Shown here in pieces: positions 1-9,696 of a DNA stretch of 40,593 nt. The stretch is taken from positions 1-40,593 of IMG/VR virus record IMGVR_UViG_3300030376_006134; one strand, given 5' to 3'. The first letter of the stretch is position 1, and every line of letters begins with the position of its first letter. This DNA comes from a virus. Taxonomy: Duplodnaviria > Caudoviricetes. Below the pieces are notes generated by a model. It ran no database searches, was not told where the DNA came from, and worked only from the letters and a program-made list of their open reading frames with translations. Position numbers and translations under genes: made by a program.

Positions 1-9
1 TCATCTGTA

Positions 10-708
10 TTGCCTGCTGAAGGAGTATACTCACAGGATTCAATGTTTAAACGTTATGAAACAATGATAAGCAATAGTATTCCTGTTTTTGGAAGTTCCG
101 AGGGGGGTGGACCGAATGCAGTTAATATACTTGAAGATGCAGTTTTTTCAGGTTCCTTAACAGGTGTTACTAAAATTGGTGCATCTAACATAGGAATTTC
201 TTTTGAAGTTCATGGGTCACCCTCAGTACAAATGACATCATTAACTTCTTCTTATACTATTGGAACTACTAATAATATGGTAAGAACAGGATTATGCGCT
301 CCAATATATGTTAATGAAATATCGGCTTCTATGGGACCTGTAATACAAAGACAATTAAATGATCCAGATGGTTTTTTAGCTGGACTTTTACTTTGGAGAC
401 TAACTGACCCTGCATTTAATTTTACTATGTTAGAAGTCACACCAGACCCTGCTACGTTAAAAGATCAAATACCTAATGGTATAATACATGCATATACTAT
501 TAAAAAAAGAATACCTGCTGATGATAGGGTAGTTGTAAATTTACAACAACCATCTGGATCTAGGGGTCAAATTACACCTTCGGGTGATGGATATTTAATT
601 CCAAATGATTTAACAGAAATACAACAAGGAAATGTTCAAAAATTAATCAACAAATTAAAATCAGAAAATGTATTTACTGAAGATACATCTAACAATTCAA
701 TTAGATAA
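10..708 (+). CDS. C-terminal part of a probable virion structural protein (5' end likely outside window)
   Basis: Frame is open from the window edge (TTG start in track is probably internal); S/G/T/N-rich; directly upstream of structural genes. Confidence 0.5.
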   Translation: MPAEGVYSQDSMFKRYETMISNSIPVFGSSEGGGPNAVNILEDAVFSGSLTGVTKIGASNIGISFEVHGSPSVQMTSLTSSYTIGTTNNMVRTGLCAPIYVNEISASMGPVIQRQLNDPDGFLAGLLLWRLTDPAFNFTMLEVTPDPATLKDQIPNGIIHAYTIKKRIPADDRVVVNLQQPSGSRGQITPSGDGYLIPNDLTEIQQGNVQKLINKLKSENVFTEDTSNNSIR

Positions 709-739
709 TTTAATTTGGAATAAAAACAAAAAAAATATA

Positions 740-748
740 TATTTATAA
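740..748 (+). promoter_or_regulatory. TATTTATAA putative late promoter, overlapping TTTG-N20-TATATT (714-743)
   Basis: Intergenic, 17 nt before ATG 766; same motif recurs before 10 other genes. Confidence 0.65.
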
Positions 749-765
749 TAAAATACTAATAAAAA

Positions 766-1413
766 ATGGGATATTTAAATAACCAAGTAGTTACAGTAGA
801 TGCTATTTTAACTAAAAAAGGAAGAGAATTATTAGCTCAAGGTGGTAATGCCTTTAATATAACACAATTTGCTTTATCGGATGATGAAGTAGATTATTCA
901 TTATATAATCCAAACCATCCATCAGGATCTGCTTATTATGGGGAAGCAATTGAAAACATGCCTGTATTAGAAGCTTTTCCTAATGAATTACAAACAATGA
1001 AATATAAATTAGTAACATTACCTAGATCAACTACAGTAATGCCAACTTTAACTGTTGGAACAAATGTAATTCAATTAGTAACAGGAGAATCTACATTAAT
1101 TGCCCCTCAAACACAAACATTTGAAGGAACTAACGCAGAATCAGGAGGATATACTGCTACTATGTCAAATATTACATATGCTAATATTTTAGGAGCTGGA
1201 GCTGCTTCTAGTAACGCTTTAAATACACAACAAACTTTAGGAACTAATGTATCAAAAACAGTTACGGGTAATACATTTACATTAAATGCAACTTCAATAA
1301 ATGTATTTGGTACTAATACTGTATTGTATGCTACTTTAACTATAGTTGGTAGAGATACAGGAGCTAGATTACAAGTTCCATTTCAATTAAGAAAATCAGC
1401 AGGAATGCAATAA
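766..1413 (+). CDS. Virion structural protein (baseplate/tail-associated)
   Basis: N-terminal DAILTKKGRELLA...ITQFALSDDEVDY resembles the start of tail-collar/fibre anchor domains; beta-rich T/S/N C-terminus. Confidence 0.55.
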   Translation: MGYLNNQVVTVDAILTKKGRELLAQGGNAFNITQFALSDDEVDYSLYNPNHPSGSAYYGEAIENMPVLEAFPNELQTMKYKLVTLPRSTTVMPTLTVGTNVIQLVTGESTLIAPQTQTFEGTNAESGGYTATMSNITYANILGAGAASSNALNTQQTLGTNVSKTVTGNTFTLNATSINVFGTNTVLYATLTIVGRDTGARLQVPFQLRKSAGMQ

Positions 1414-1431
1414 ATATAAAAACTAAAAAAT

Positions 1432-2478
1432 ATGGCTAACGGAGCTTTTACTCAATTTCAACCAAGTGATATTATTAATAATGTAGATTCCATAACAGGA
1501 ACTGTATGGAGTGGTAATGCACCTAGACTTACAGAATTATATACATCATCAGTTCAACAATCATCCAATTCAGGACAATATTATGTTCATGTATACCAAA
1601 CAGGATCTTCAGAAACAGCAGCTGCAGTTCAGTTTGATATTGCTTATGCTGATGAGGTAGGTAGTGGAAGTTTATTATATAATCCATTAGTTAATGGTAA
1701 ATCCCCATCTTCAACTATATTTGGTCAATATCAAAATATAGTTTTAGGTGATGATACAATTCCTTTTACATTCGGAAATGTTACTTCATCATATTTTTAT
1801 GCTTTATCACTTGAAAGAGCTAGATATAAAGAATCTTTAGCTTTAGGTACTATGGCTTTATCTTTAAGAAAAGCAGGTACAACAGATGAAGTACATTTAA
1901 CTGATAATAGTAGAATAAGTGGAGGAGATGTTTTTGGTAATGCTGGAAGAGTATATCAAATAGTTTCAGGATCTGAAGGAACAGTATTTACAGGAGTAAA
2001 TGCTAATGGTTTTACTAATGGATCAGGATCTTATGGTTTATACTTACCTGATGTAGGTTTATTATTATTAAATGGTGAAGCTTTAGATGGTCCTGTAGCT
2101 GGTCAAGGTATTGCATTAGGAACAACAAGAAATAGCAATCAAAATGATGATAATATGGATAGAGTATTTGCAGCAATATCTGCAAGTGCAGTAGTAGGTA
2201 ATTCTTTCCGTTTAAATTCTCAAGAAACATTATCTTCTGATTTCTATTTTGTAAGAGCTCAAAATGCAGACTTTAATTATTCATCTAATCCATCTTTTGT
2301 ATCAGGTTCAACAGGAGCTTTATTATGGGATACAATGCAAAATAATCCTCAAACATTTATTACAACAGTTGGTTTATATAACGATTCAAATGAATTATGT
2401 GCTGTAGCAAAATTAAGTAGACCATTAATTAAAGATTTTACAAAAGAATTACTTGTTAGAGTTAAATTAGATTACTAA
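1432..2478 (+). CDS. Virion structural protein (baseplate/tail-associated)
   Basis: C-terminal FNYSSNPSF...ITTVGLYNDSNELCAVAKLSRP...VKLDY, shared with the next ORF. Confidence 0.55.
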   Translation: MANGAFTQFQPSDIINNVDSITGTVWSGNAPRLTELYTSSVQQSSNSGQYYVHVYQTGSSETAAAVQFDIAYADEVGSGSLLYNPLVNGKSPSSTIFGQYQNIVLGDDTIPFTFGNVTSSYFYALSLERARYKESLALGTMALSLRKAGTTDEVHLTDNSRISGGDVFGNAGRVYQIVSGSEGTVFTGVNANGFTNGSGSYGLYLPDVGLLLLNGEALDGPVAGQGIALGTTRNSNQNDDNMDRVFAAISASAVVGNSFRLNSQETLSSDFYFVRAQNADFNYSSNPSFVSGSTGALLWDTMQNNPQTFITTVGLYNDSNELCAVAKLSRPLIKDFTKELLVRVKLDY

Positions 2479-2483
2479 AATGT

Positions 2484-3659
2484 ATGTCAGCTTACAAACA
2501 ATTTACTACAAAGGATATTGTAATAACTCCTTTTTCTGCAAATAAAGGATTTAGTTTTACAGGAGCTGCTATGACAGCATCAAATGTAGGAATTGAAATT
2601 TACTTTGGTACTCAACCCCCAGCTAATAAATTAATATTTGAAACAACTACTAATCCTTTTTGGCAAAGCACTAGTATTTCAGGTTCTCAAAATGCTACAG
2701 GATTTGTAAATAAATTAAATACAAATTCTGTTTATTCAAGTGTAATGCAACTTTATTATTCCAATTACTTTCAAAGTATGTCTGGAAGTGCAGTTGCTAC
2801 TTCAAGTTTATTATATGGTTTAGAAGGTTCTCAAAATAATACATTTGCTTCATATAATAATATTGATGTTGGTCTTAGTGGATCAAATAATATACCTATT
2901 GGAGCAGTAAAAAGCCCTCAATATGATAATTATTTATCAAGTACTATTACCCAAACAAGAGCTGCTTTAATAGGAGAAGAAATTACTTGGAATGGTATAG
3001 CACCAGGAACTAACTACATTACTGCTATTAGTATTCCCTCTAAATTATATGGTAATAATATTGAACCTCAAAGTTTTTATTTTGATTTTAAATCTACAGG
3101 ACAAACAATTTATGTAGTTGATGATGGTAATGGTAATTTAATTCAATTTAATCCTTCTTCTCCATCTTCCACAAATCAATATTGTGGAAATATTATATAT
3201 GAACATGGAATAGCAATTCTTACAGGAGTAACCGCTTCATATAATGGTGATGGTACACCTGGTAATTCTAATTCTAGTATAGCTAGAATAGGAAGTTTAA
3301 TATTAAATAATTTAGATGGTTATAATTCAGGAACAGATTATTTTAATACTGCTGTTGTAGGATTTTCATCATCAGTTCAATTATATGAAAATCAATATAA
3401 ATGTGTTATAAGAGAAAATGAATTTGGATACTCATTAAACCCATCATTACTATCAGGAAGTCAATCTGAAGCACCTCTATTAGGTACAAATTATGTTTAT
3501 AAAGATTTTGCAACAGGATCTTATTTTAGTCCTTATATTACAACAGTAGGATTATATGATAATGATCAAAATTTATTAGCTATTGGAAAACTATCAGTAC
3601 CTACAAAAGTACCGATGAATGCTGATTTAGAAATTCAAGTAGCATTTGATACAAATTAA
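2484..3659 (+). CDS. Virion structural protein, paralog of 1432..2478
   Basis: Similar N-terminus (AYKQFTTKDI vs AFTQFQPSDI) and C-terminus (YITTVGLYDNDQNLLAIGKLSVP). Confidence 0.55.
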   Translation: MSAYKQFTTKDIVITPFSANKGFSFTGAAMTASNVGIEIYFGTQPPANKLIFETTTNPFWQSTSISGSQNATGFVNKLNTNSVYSSVMQLYYSNYFQSMSGSAVATSSLLYGLEGSQNNTFASYNNIDVGLSGSNNIPIGAVKSPQYDNYLSSTITQTRAALIGEEITWNGIAPGTNYITAISIPSKLYGNNIEPQSFYFDFKSTGQTIYVVDDGNGNLIQFNPSSPSSTNQYCGNIIYEHGIAILTGVTASYNGDGTPGNSNSSIARIGSLILNNLDGYNSGTDYFNTAVVGFSSSVQLYENQYKCVIRENEFGYSLNPSLLSGSQSEAPLLGTNYVYKDFATGSYFSPYITTVGLYDNDQNLLAIGKLSVPTKVPMNADLEIQVAFDTN

Positions 3660-3677
3660 TCACATTAATAATCTTAA

Positions 3678-4178
3678 ATGATAAACATGCCAACAACCGC
3701 TACCTGGATGTACCAGGGAAGGGTTATAACATCAATAGAAGACATGCCAGAAGGAACTTATGGGTTTATCTATGAAGTTAGGTACAAACCTACTGACATA
3801 AGATATATAGGTAAAAAAGTTCTTTATTTTGAAAGAAATAAAAAATTAGGTAAAAAAGCATTACAAGCTTTAAAAGAAGAAAGATCTAAACAAGGTCTTA
3901 AAGGCCGTACCCCCCAAAAACAAAAAATAATAACTGAATCCGATTGGAAATATTATTTTGGATCCCAAAAAGAAATATTAGATTTATCTAAAAAAGATAA
4001 TGATGGGAAAAATTGGGAAAAACGTATATTAGAATTTGTACCTAATAAAAAATTACTTACATATTATGAAACAAAGCATTTATTTTTAAATGAAGTATTA
4101 GAAAATAAATATAGTGCTCATATTAATGATAATATATTAGGTAAATTTTTTTCACGTGACTTTGGAGACACAAAATAA
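3678..4178 (+). CDS. GIY-YIG family nuclease-like protein
   Basis: YGFIYEV...RYIGKK motif pair, later WKYYFGS and Glu/Asn-containing segment (YYETK, INDNI). Confidence 0.65.
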   Translation: MINMPTTATWMYQGRVITSIEDMPEGTYGFIYEVRYKPTDIRYIGKKVLYFERNKKLGKKALQALKEERSKQGLKGRTPQKQKIITESDWKYYFGSQKEILDLSKKDNDGKNWEKRILEFVPNKKLLTYYETKHLFLNEVLENKYSAHINDNILGKFFSRDFGDTK

Positions 4179-4190
4179 TAGTTGTATATT
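4161..4190 (+). promoter_or_regulatory. Putative Bacteroidota-type promoter TTTG-N20-TATATT
   Basis: TTTGGAG-N15-TGTATATT; same layout as 17137-17166; precedes primase ATG at 4197. Confidence 0.5.
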
Positions 4191-4196
4191 CCCCAT

Positions 4197-5129
4197 ATGA
4201 TAAATGAACTACTTGTAAGCTTAGTAAGTAGAGTATTAGGCGAAGGAAAAATGACTGCTCGTGGCAATAGAGCATTTCACTGTCCTTTATGTAACCATCA
4301 TAAACCTAAATTAGAAATTAATTTTACTGATAATAAAAAAGGTCATCATCCTTGGCATTGTTGGGTATGTAATGAAAAAGGAAAATACCTAAATACTTTA
4401 TTTAAAAAAGTAAAAGCACTACCTGAGCATTTTTCAGAATTAAAATCATTAGTAAAAACTGGTTATCAAGTTAAAGATATAGAAGTAATTAAATATGATT
4501 TAAAACTACCAGAGGAATTTATTCCTATAATTAATAATAGTAAAAATATAATAGGAAGACAAGCATGGGTTTATTTAAAAAATAGAGGTATAACTATTGA
4601 AGATGTTGAAAAATATAATATAGGATATTGTGAATATGGTAGATATGCTAAAATGGTTATTATACCCTCATATGATAAAAATGGACAATTGAATTATTAT
4701 ACAGGTAGATCATTTGAAAAGGACCCATATATAAAATATAAAAATCCAGAATCGTCAAGAAATATAATACCTAATGAACATTTAATTAATTGGAATTTAC
4801 CTTTAGTTATATGTGAAGGTATGTTTGATGCTATAGCTATTAAACGTAATGCTATACCTTTGTTAGGTAAAAATATACAATCTGAATTAATGAAAAAAAT
4901 AGTAACATCTACTATTGAAAAAATATATATAGCATTAGATACAGATGCTATGAAGCAAGCAGTTAAATTTGCAGAAGAATTTATAAATGAAGGAAAAGAA
5001 GTTTATTTAATCGATCTTAAAGAAAAAGATCCTAGTGAAATGGGGTTTCATGATTTTACAAAGTTAATCCAAAATACATTCCCCTTAACCTCCTACCAAT
5101 TAATGGAAAGGAAATTACAATCAATATGA
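4197..5129 (+). CDS. DNA primase (zinc-binding + TOPRIM)
   Basis: CPLCNH...WHCWVC zinc finger; YYTGR, KYKNP, ICEGMFDA, IALDTDA, KDPSE motifs; ATG 4197 preferred to TTG 4182. Confidence 0.9.
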   Translation: MINELLVSLVSRVLGEGKMTARGNRAFHCPLCNHHKPKLEINFTDNKKGHHPWHCWVCNEKGKYLNTLFKKVKALPEHFSELKSLVKTGYQVKDIEVIKYDLKLPEEFIPIINNSKNIIGRQAWVYLKNRGITIEDVEKYNIGYCEYGRYAKMVIIPSYDKNGQLNYYTGRSFEKDPYIKYKNPESSRNIIPNEHLINWNLPLVICEGMFDAIAIKRNAIPLLGKNIQSELMKKIVTSTIEKIYIALDTDAMKQAVKFAEEFINEGKEVYLIDLKEKDPSEMGFHDFTKLIQNTFPLTSYQLMERKLQSI

Positions 5130-5896
5130 AAAAGAGAAATATAAAAAAATCTTATAATAGGATTTTAGAAATTAGTGAAGATGCAAAACAAATAACTTTA
5201 CCCGATGCTAGATACTACAGAAGAAATGGTAAATATTATCCATCTGTAACTTATGTATTAAGTTATTATCCAAAAGGAAAACATTTCCAAGATTGGCTTA
5301 AAAAAGTAGGATACTCAGCTGATTGGATTGTTAAAAAAGCAGGTGAAGAAGGTACACAAGTACATGAAATGATTGAAGATTATTTAAATGGGGAAGAATT
5401 AAATTTTCTTCAAAATGGCACCCCAATGTATAATCCTGATATATGGCAAATGTTTTTAAAATTTGTTGATTTTTGGGAAGAATATAAACCAACATTAATT
5501 GAAACTGAAGTACATTTATTTTCAGATGAATTAAAAGTAGCAGGTACTTGTGATATGGTTTGTGAAATTGATGATAAATTATGGATTATAGATTTTAAAA
5601 CATCTAATCATCTCCAAACTACATATGATTTGCAAACTGCGGTTTATGGTAAAATGTATGAAGAATGTTATGGTAAAACAGCAGACCACTATGGAGTATT
5701 ATGGTTAAAATCATCAAAAAGAAAAAAATCTCAAGATAAAATGCAAGGTAAAGGATGGGAAATGTATGAATCAAAACGTACACAAGAAGAAAATATTGAT
5801 ATTTTTAATACTGTTAAAAAATTATTTGATTTAGAAAACCCAAAACATTCCCCAATATTCACAGAATTTAAAACTACAGTAAAAAGAAACTTATAA
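5126..5896 (+). CDS. PD-(D/E)XK phage exonuclease
   Basis: YPSVT, GTQVH, AGTCD, IIDFKTS, LQTAVY motifs; start overlaps primase stop. Confidence 0.85.
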   Translation: MKKRNIKKSYNRILEISEDAKQITLPDARYYRRNGKYYPSVTYVLSYYPKGKHFQDWLKKVGYSADWIVKKAGEEGTQVHEMIEDYLNGEELNFLQNGTPMYNPDIWQMFLKFVDFWEEYKPTLIETEVHLFSDELKVAGTCDMVCEIDDKLWIIDFKTSNHLQTTYDLQTAVYGKMYEECYGKTADHYGVLWLKSSKRKKSQDKMQGKGWEMYESKRTQEENIDIFNTVKKLFDLENPKHSPIFTEFKTTVKRNL

Positions 5897-5905
5897 TATT
5901 TATAA
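5897..5905 (+). promoter_or_regulatory. TATTTATAA putative late promoter
   Basis: Fills the short gap before ATG 5915. Confidence 0.6.
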
Positions 5906-5914
5906 TAAAAATAT

Positions 5915-6718
5915 ATGATAAGTTTAGTTGAAATTTTAAATGAAGCTATTGGTAAACCTAAAGCTATTATATTAGCAGGTGCACCTGGAGCAGGTAAAGG
6001 ATTTATTTTAAGAGGATTAGACCTCTCAGGATTAACCACATATAATTTAGATTTAGATTTTGTTCCTCTATTAAAGAAAGCAGGTGTAAGTTTAGATTTA
6101 AAAAATGCTACACCTGAAGAAAGAAGTCAATCAGCTAAATTAATGAGACAAGCAACATCTAAATTAAAAGATGAAGATTTACCTAAGGCAATAGCTAATA
6201 GGGAATCATTTATATTAGATGGAACAGCAGCATCAAGTAAAGCTACTCTTAAATTAAAAGATGAATTAGAAAAAGCAGGATATGAAGTATTTATGCTTTA
6301 CGTTTATACAGATCTAGAACGCTCATTAAAACAAAATCAAGATAGATTTGATAAATCTGGGGGTGAAGATAGAAGTTTAGCTCCTGCTATTGTAATGCGT
6401 ACATGGAATGATGTTACTAAAAATTATGATGAATATAAAAATGCTTTTGGTAATAATTTTGTATCTGTTTCAAATTTATTAAAAGATGAAAAATTAAAAG
6501 ATTTAGAATCAATAGTAAAAAAATATTTAGATCCTTTTAAACCACAAGGAACAAAACCAAAAGATGCTAAAGCACAAGCTAGATCAGATAAAAGGAAAGC
6601 TGAAATAAATGCACAAATAAAAGGTTTACTAGCTGATGATGGAGTAAAAAATATAATAGACAATTCAGTATCAGCTGAAGAAGCACAATCAAAAATAAAA
6701 CAATTTTTAGGTAAATGA
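5915..6718 (+). CDS. P-loop kinase, zeta-toxin/AAA_33-like
   Basis: Walker A GAPGAGKG, FILDGT, GYEVFMLYV..R; leader MISLVEILNE. Confidence 0.75.
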   Translation: MISLVEILNEAIGKPKAIILAGAPGAGKGFILRGLDLSGLTTYNLDLDFVPLLKKAGVSLDLKNATPEERSQSAKLMRQATSKLKDEDLPKAIANRESFILDGTAASSKATLKLKDELEKAGYEVFMLYVYTDLERSLKQNQDRFDKSGGEDRSLAPAIVMRTWNDVTKNYDEYKNAFGNNFVSVSNLLKDEKLKDLESIVKKYLDPFKPQGTKPKDAKAQARSDKRKAEINAQIKGLLADDGVKNIIDNSVSAEEAQSKIKQFLGK

Positions 6719-9066
6719 ATCATTTAACAAGATCTTTATTAGAAGGATTATTAGAAGAAGATAAAAAAATAGTTGCTTTGTATGGTGGGGGTTTTAAACC
6801 ACCTATTGGGGGACATTTTGAAGTAGTAGATGAAGCTTTAAAACAATATCCTGAAATTGATGAATTAATTATATTAGTAGGGGGTGGAGAAAGAAATGGT
6901 ATTTCACAAGCTGAAGCTATTTTAATATGGGAAATTTATCAAGATTATTTACCACCAAAAGTTAAAATTCAACCATCAAAAATGCCAATTGGTGATATTT
7001 ATAGTTTTGCTAAAAATAATCCCCAAGATATTGTTTATTGGATAATTGGTAGAAGAGAAGGTGCTGATGATGATGATAAAGATATAATTGATAGAGCAAA
7101 AGCATTAAAAAAGAATCCTGAAAAGTATGATAATTTAGATTTAAAAATTATTACTACTCAAGATGAGGGTATGAGAGGAAGAAATGCTAGAGAAGCAGCT
7201 AAAAAAGGTAAATTATATTTTACTCCCTTTTTACCTCAAAAACTATCAAAAGAAGATAAAAGTAAAGTATTTGACATAGTTTCTCCTGTATTAAAAGAAA
7301 ACGCTACATATTCCCAGAATATAGATTATAAACAAATGATTCAGGATTTAACTGATTATATGATAAAAAAAGGTAGAAATATAGAACCTTTACCTAAAGT
7401 AGAATTTATAGATGGTGATATTGAAAATGCAAAAGAATTTTTAGGCAAAACAGCTTACTATGATCCAAATACTCAAACTATAGTTCTATATACAGAAGGT
7501 AGACACCCTAAAGATATAGTTAGATCATTTTCCCATGAAATGGTTCACCATACTCAGTTTCTAGAAGATAGATTAGATGATATTCAAACAACTGATACTA
7601 CTGAAGATGATAATTTAGATAAGATTGAACAAGAAGCTAATTTAGTAGGTACAATGACATTTAGAAATTGGACAGATTCTTTAAATAATGATATTGAAGA
7701 AGGAGGATCATTAATTCCTATAAAAATAAAAAAATCTAAACCAGATCCTTTTGGTATAACTGCTTATGCTCTTGAATTAGCTCGAGGATTAGAGGAAGAA
7801 TTAAAAGAAGGAGATACTTATGAAAAAATGGCTGCTAAAGGAAAAAAAGCAGGTAGTTTAAAACAAGGTACTGTTAGAAAAAGATTAGGTATTCCTAAAG
7901 ATAAAAAAATTCCATTATCTCTAATTAATAAAGAAATTGCTCGTTTAAAGAAAATGGATAAAGATCCTGATAAAAAAGGTGCTCAGTTAGGAGATAAAAA
8001 TCAAAAATATTATAAAGCATTACAATTAGCTAAAACATTAAAAACAACAACTAATGTTAATGAAGCTGATCCCAAAAAAGGTACAGGTAAAAAACCTAAA
8101 GGATCAGGACGTAGATTATATACTGATGAAGATCCTTCTGATACAGTAAAAATAAAATTTTCTACAAGACAAGATGTAGTAGATACATTAAGTAAATCTT
8201 CATTTAAAAGTAAATCCCATGCTCGTCAATCTCAAGTAATTAATTTAATTCATCAAAGAATAAGAGCAGCATTAGGAAGAACTAAAGATCCTAAAAAGAA
8301 AAAGAAATTACAATCTGCATTTAATTATATTAAACAACGTAAGGAAGCATCAAAAAGAAAAACACAACGTTTAAAAAAGAAAAAATTAAATGAAAAAAAA
8401 GGATATGGTAAATCTTCTGGAACTAGATATAGGGCTATATATAAAAAAGGTGGTAAATTTTATTTTATGCAAGATAATCCATTTTCACCTGGTATAAGAC
8501 AAGAATTTGGACCTTATAAAACTAAAGAAGCAGCATTAAGAAAAATGGGATCCTTCCCATCAGGTACAAGTTATAGAGATATAACTGAACAAAAAACCTA
8601 TAAAATTTATTCTGATATGGATGGTGTATTAGTTGATTTTAATGAAAGATTTAAAAGATTTTCAGATGGAATACTCCCTACAGAATACGAACAAAAATTT
8701 GGTAAAGATAAATTTTGGGAATTAATTGATGGTACAGGAGTAAGATTTTGGGTTGGAATGGATTGGATGTCTGATGGTAAACAATTATGGAATTATATTA
8801 AAAAGTATGAACCTGTATTATTATCATCACCATCAAGATCTAATTATTCTAGAATGGGTAAAAGAATTTGGAGAAAAAGAAATTTACCTTCAACTAAATT
8901 AATATTAGCTAGAGCTGCAAATAAACAAAACTACGCAGACCCAGATAGCATATTAATTGATGATAGAGAATCAAATGTAGATCAATGGATTAAAGCTGGA
9001 GGAATTGGTATATTACATACTGACACAGCTTCAACAATAAATAAGTTAAAAGAATTAGGTTTATGA
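6715..9066 (+). CDS. Multidomain protein: HxGH-type nucleotidyltransferase-like + HExxH metallopeptidase-like + basic modules + HAD 5'-nucleotidase-like
   Basis: YGGGFKPPIGGH; RSFSHEMVHH followed by IEQEAN; IYSDMDGVLVDF...ILIDDRESNVDQWIKAGG. Confidence 0.75.
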   Translation: MNHLTRSLLEGLLEEDKKIVALYGGGFKPPIGGHFEVVDEALKQYPEIDELIILVGGGERNGISQAEAILIWEIYQDYLPPKVKIQPSKMPIGDIYSFAKNNPQDIVYWIIGRREGADDDDKDIIDRAKALKKNPEKYDNLDLKIITTQDEGMRGRNAREAAKKGKLYFTPFLPQKLSKEDKSKVFDIVSPVLKENATYSQNIDYKQMIQDLTDYMIKKGRNIEPLPKVEFIDGDIENAKEFLGKTAYYDPNTQTIVLYTEGRHPKDIVRSFSHEMVHHTQFLEDRLDDIQTTDTTEDDNLDKIEQEANLVGTMTFRNWTDSLNNDIEEGGSLIPIKIKKSKPDPFGITAYALELARGLEEELKEGDTYEKMAAKGKKAGSLKQGTVRKRLGIPKDKKIPLSLINKEIARLKKMDKDPDKKGAQLGDKNQKYYKALQLAKTLKTTTNVNEADPKKGTGKKPKGSGRRLYTDEDPSDTVKIKFSTRQDVVDTLSKSSFKSKSHARQSQVINLIHQRIRAALGRTKDPKKKKKLQSAFNYIKQRKEASKRKTQRLKKKKLNEKKGYGKSSGTRYRAIYKKGGKFYFMQDNPFSPGIRQEFGPYKTKEAALRKMGSFPSGTSYRDITEQKTYKIYSDMDGVLVDFNERFKRFSDGILPTEYEQKFGKDKFWELIDGTGVRFWVGMDWMSDGKQLWNYIKKYEPVLLSSPSRSNYSRMGKRIWRKRNLPSTKLILARAANKQNYADPDSILIDDRESNVDQWIKAGGIGILHTDTASTINKLKELGL

Positions 9067-9638
9067 GTCAAGATAATGTTTTAAGAAAAGAATTTTCTAA
9101 AAAAGATGTACAACGTGTTAGAAACTTAGTACAAGGAAATACTGGTGATAGAACTACTGAAGGGATAGGTTATTCTAAAAAAGATACATTTTATAAAGAA
9201 GGTGATATTTGGGAAGAAAATGGTCGTAAATGGACTATTAAAGATGGTATTAAACAAAATATTACTAAATATGATGAAATAAAAAAATCTATTAAAACTC
9301 CTTTATTTTGCCCTAACTGTAAAAAGCAAATGAAACATAAATTTGATGCTAGTTATTATAAAATTCATAAAAAATGTTATGATTGTTTTTTATATTTTGT
9401 TTCTGATTTAAAAAAAATAGGAGCATGGGAAATATATGAAAAAAATATTCACAATTCAGATTTAGATGCTTTTATTAATGATTTTAAAGATTTTGTTGAA
9501 GACCAATTAACAGTGTCTAATGAATCTTATGTAACAGAACAGGGTGATGTTGAAAAGTGGGTTGGCGGTTATGATAAAGAAAAAGTATTAGAAAGCTTAG
9601 AAAAAACAGTAGAATACTTAGAAAATCTAAAAAAATAA
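9063..9638 (+). CDS. Hypothetical protein with CxxC..CxxC zinc site
   Basis: CPNC and CYDC; start overlaps previous stop. Confidence 0.6.
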   Translation: MSQDNVLRKEFSKKDVQRVRNLVQGNTGDRTTEGIGYSKKDTFYKEGDIWEENGRKWTIKDGIKQNITKYDEIKKSIKTPLFCPNCKKQMKHKFDASYYKIHKKCYDCFLYFVSDLKKIGAWEIYEKNIHNSDLDAFINDFKDFVEDQLTVSNESYVTEQGDVEKWVGGYDKEKVLESLEKTVEYLENLKK

Positions 9639-9666
9639 AATTCGCACATTTTATATAGTCTTTATA

Positions 9667-9675
9667 TATTTATAA
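9667..9675 (+). promoter_or_regulatory. TATTTATAA putative late promoter
   Basis: Intergenic, before ATG 9697; TTCG at 9641 lies 20 nt before TATATT. Confidence 0.6.
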
Positions 9676-9696
9676 TAAAATTAACATTAAAATAAC

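Noticed and set aside
5126-5896. Exonuclease as CRISPR Cas4
   Set aside because: Lacks the four-Cys cluster pattern and CRISPR context; sits beside primase
5915-6718. Zeta toxin-antitoxin module
   Set aside because: No antitoxin-like upstream gene; only the general kinase fold is supported
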